Positions 62,822 to 64,000 of a stretch of DNA of 64,000 bases are shown piece after piece. The translations under genes were made by a program, and so were the position numbers. Origin of the DNA: Amphiscolops sp. MND2022 (taxonomy: Eukaryota); NCBI GenBank assembly GCA_964187785.1, contig OZ076412.1, positions 82,398,001-82,462,000 of the forward strand, in the 5' to 3' direction. How positions within the stretch are numbered: the stretch's first letter is position 1; each line of letters opens with the position of its first letter. The notes under the pieces were generated by a model. It saw nothing but the letters and a program-made list of their open reading frames with translations. It was not told the origin of the DNA and did not search any database.

Positions 62822-63413
62822 TTTTTTAGTCGGCGCTTTTCTAGAGAAAAGAGTCGACTATTGTCATGGCTTTTCGTCAGTGTTTTTTTCGATACACCTG
62901 AAATGACCAACCTCAAATTCAACAAACTTGTTTTTTAGTCGGCGCTTTTCTAGAGAAAAGAGTCGACTATTGTCATGGCTTTTCGTCAGTGTTTTTTTCG
63001 ATACACCTGAAATGACCAAAATAGTTCTACCAAAACTTCAAAGTTTTGAAAAGACGCCAAAATGTACCTGTTGGCCTAAGGAACTGAACCAAAAATGTTT
63101 CCCGCGTAACATACAATACCGGACGAGACCAAAGGGTCCCCACTTTAGATTGTTTCGGCAATGTGCGACGTTTGTTCAAATTTTTTCCCCACCAAAGGGT
63201 GCCCCTTCAATTTTTTCGGAGATTTGCGACAGAATGGATGTTGAAAAATCCGAACGGGTCCTCCGTTTCAGTTTTTTTTTGGCATTGGGAGACTTTTTTC
63301 AATTTTTTTTTCATAAAAGGGTCCTTTATTCACCAATACTGTGACATTTTGAAGTCCTTCTGCTATTTTTGAACCTTAGATATGGCGCCGACTTGAGCCG
63401 GTTCCGGCTTGTT
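62822..63413 (+). mobile_element. HINE-A copy with duplicated 5' end
   Basis: 103-bp exact direct repeat at 62808-62910 / 62917-63019; 3' end GGCGCCGACTTGAGCCGGTTCCGGCTTGTT. Confidence 0.85.
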
Positions 63414-63697
63414 TTGTATCGGTTCATCTTTTATCGTTTTCTTTCTCTGTGTTTGTGGAATTGTCTTGTTTCGTTTGTCAAAGGTATCTGGGTGGATTAG
63501 TTCTTTTTATATTATGATTTGAATCTTATTCTTACGTAGGAGGTTTTGTGACTAGTGCTAGTGATGTATTTTGAAAAGATTTAGTCCTTCTCTTGGATGT
63601 TTTCGAAATCGCAGTTTTTCTTCAGGTAATCCAATTGTTCCGCAGTTCCTTGGGTGTTCCATGTTTTCGCTTGTTTCGTTATCCAAAGAAATCGCCT
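63414..63697. repeat. 284-bp segment that is an inverted copy of 57808-58091
   Basis: Collinear reverse-complement match along the whole length. In both places it directly follows a HINE-A 3' end. Confidence 0.9.
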
Positions 63698-63704
63698 TAA
63701 ATCG

Positions 63705-63815
63705 CCCTATTTTCATAAAAGGGTCCCTAATTCACCAATACACTGACACTTTGGAGTCCTTTTGCTATTTCTGAGCCCTAGATATGGCGCCGATTTGGGC
63801 CGGTCCCGGCTTGTT
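63705..63815 (+). mobile_element. Second HINE-A 3' end
   Basis: TTTCATAAAAGGGTCC...AGATATGGCGCCGATTTGGGCCGGTCCCGGCTTGTT. Confidence 0.8.
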
Positions 63816-64000
63816 TAAGCTTTAAGTGGGGCAAAAGATAAAACCGTTCTAGAGTTGTTTCAAACTGAAGCATGATAATACCAAGTTAGCGACCGTTTTT
63901 TTCGATTACGTTTCGCCGAAGAGAAGGAGGTGCTATGGCCCATTTTGAAATTGCCATTCCCAAATCCTATATGCACGATTTTGAGTCTGTAGAGATACTC

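Overview
Repeat-dense, AT-rich eukaryotic genomic DNA, probably invertebrate. The repeats resemble ones I recall from acoel worm assemblies; that is unverified. There is one 200-N scaffold gap. No prokaryotic operons, rRNA or CRISPR arrays were seen. Recognisable elements: a TTAA-flanked internally deleted piggyBac (14-2011); a full-length but dead Tc1-like element with DD35E spacing (10605-11868); a two-LTR Gypsy (19181-24624); a two-LTR BEL/Pao with a TATGT target-site duplication (25005-31503); two further Gypsy pol relics; and many MITE-like hairpins. Two abundant families of Helentron-like non-autonomous elements (HINE-A, HINE-B) are built as T-run + subterminal inverted repeat ... inverted repeat + hairpin + TTGTT. 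Three less ordinary things stand out. (1) Two divergent decayed copies (X1, 9.7-15.0 kb; X2, 47.8-51.6 kb) of an unclassified ~1000-codon gene share a BED/TTF-like zinc finger and an apparently shared intron position. X2 has several GT-AG introns and sits just inside an LTR with a PBS-like site. (2) HINE-B keeps fixed ends but swaps cargo: a tRNA-like Pol III cassette, a 174-bp satellite, or a palindromic MITE. (3) A probable host gene on the minus strand (33-39 kb) encodes a secreted protein made of two paralogous 6-Cys modules on phase-1 exons. All homology calls come from reading motifs by eye; no database searches were run.
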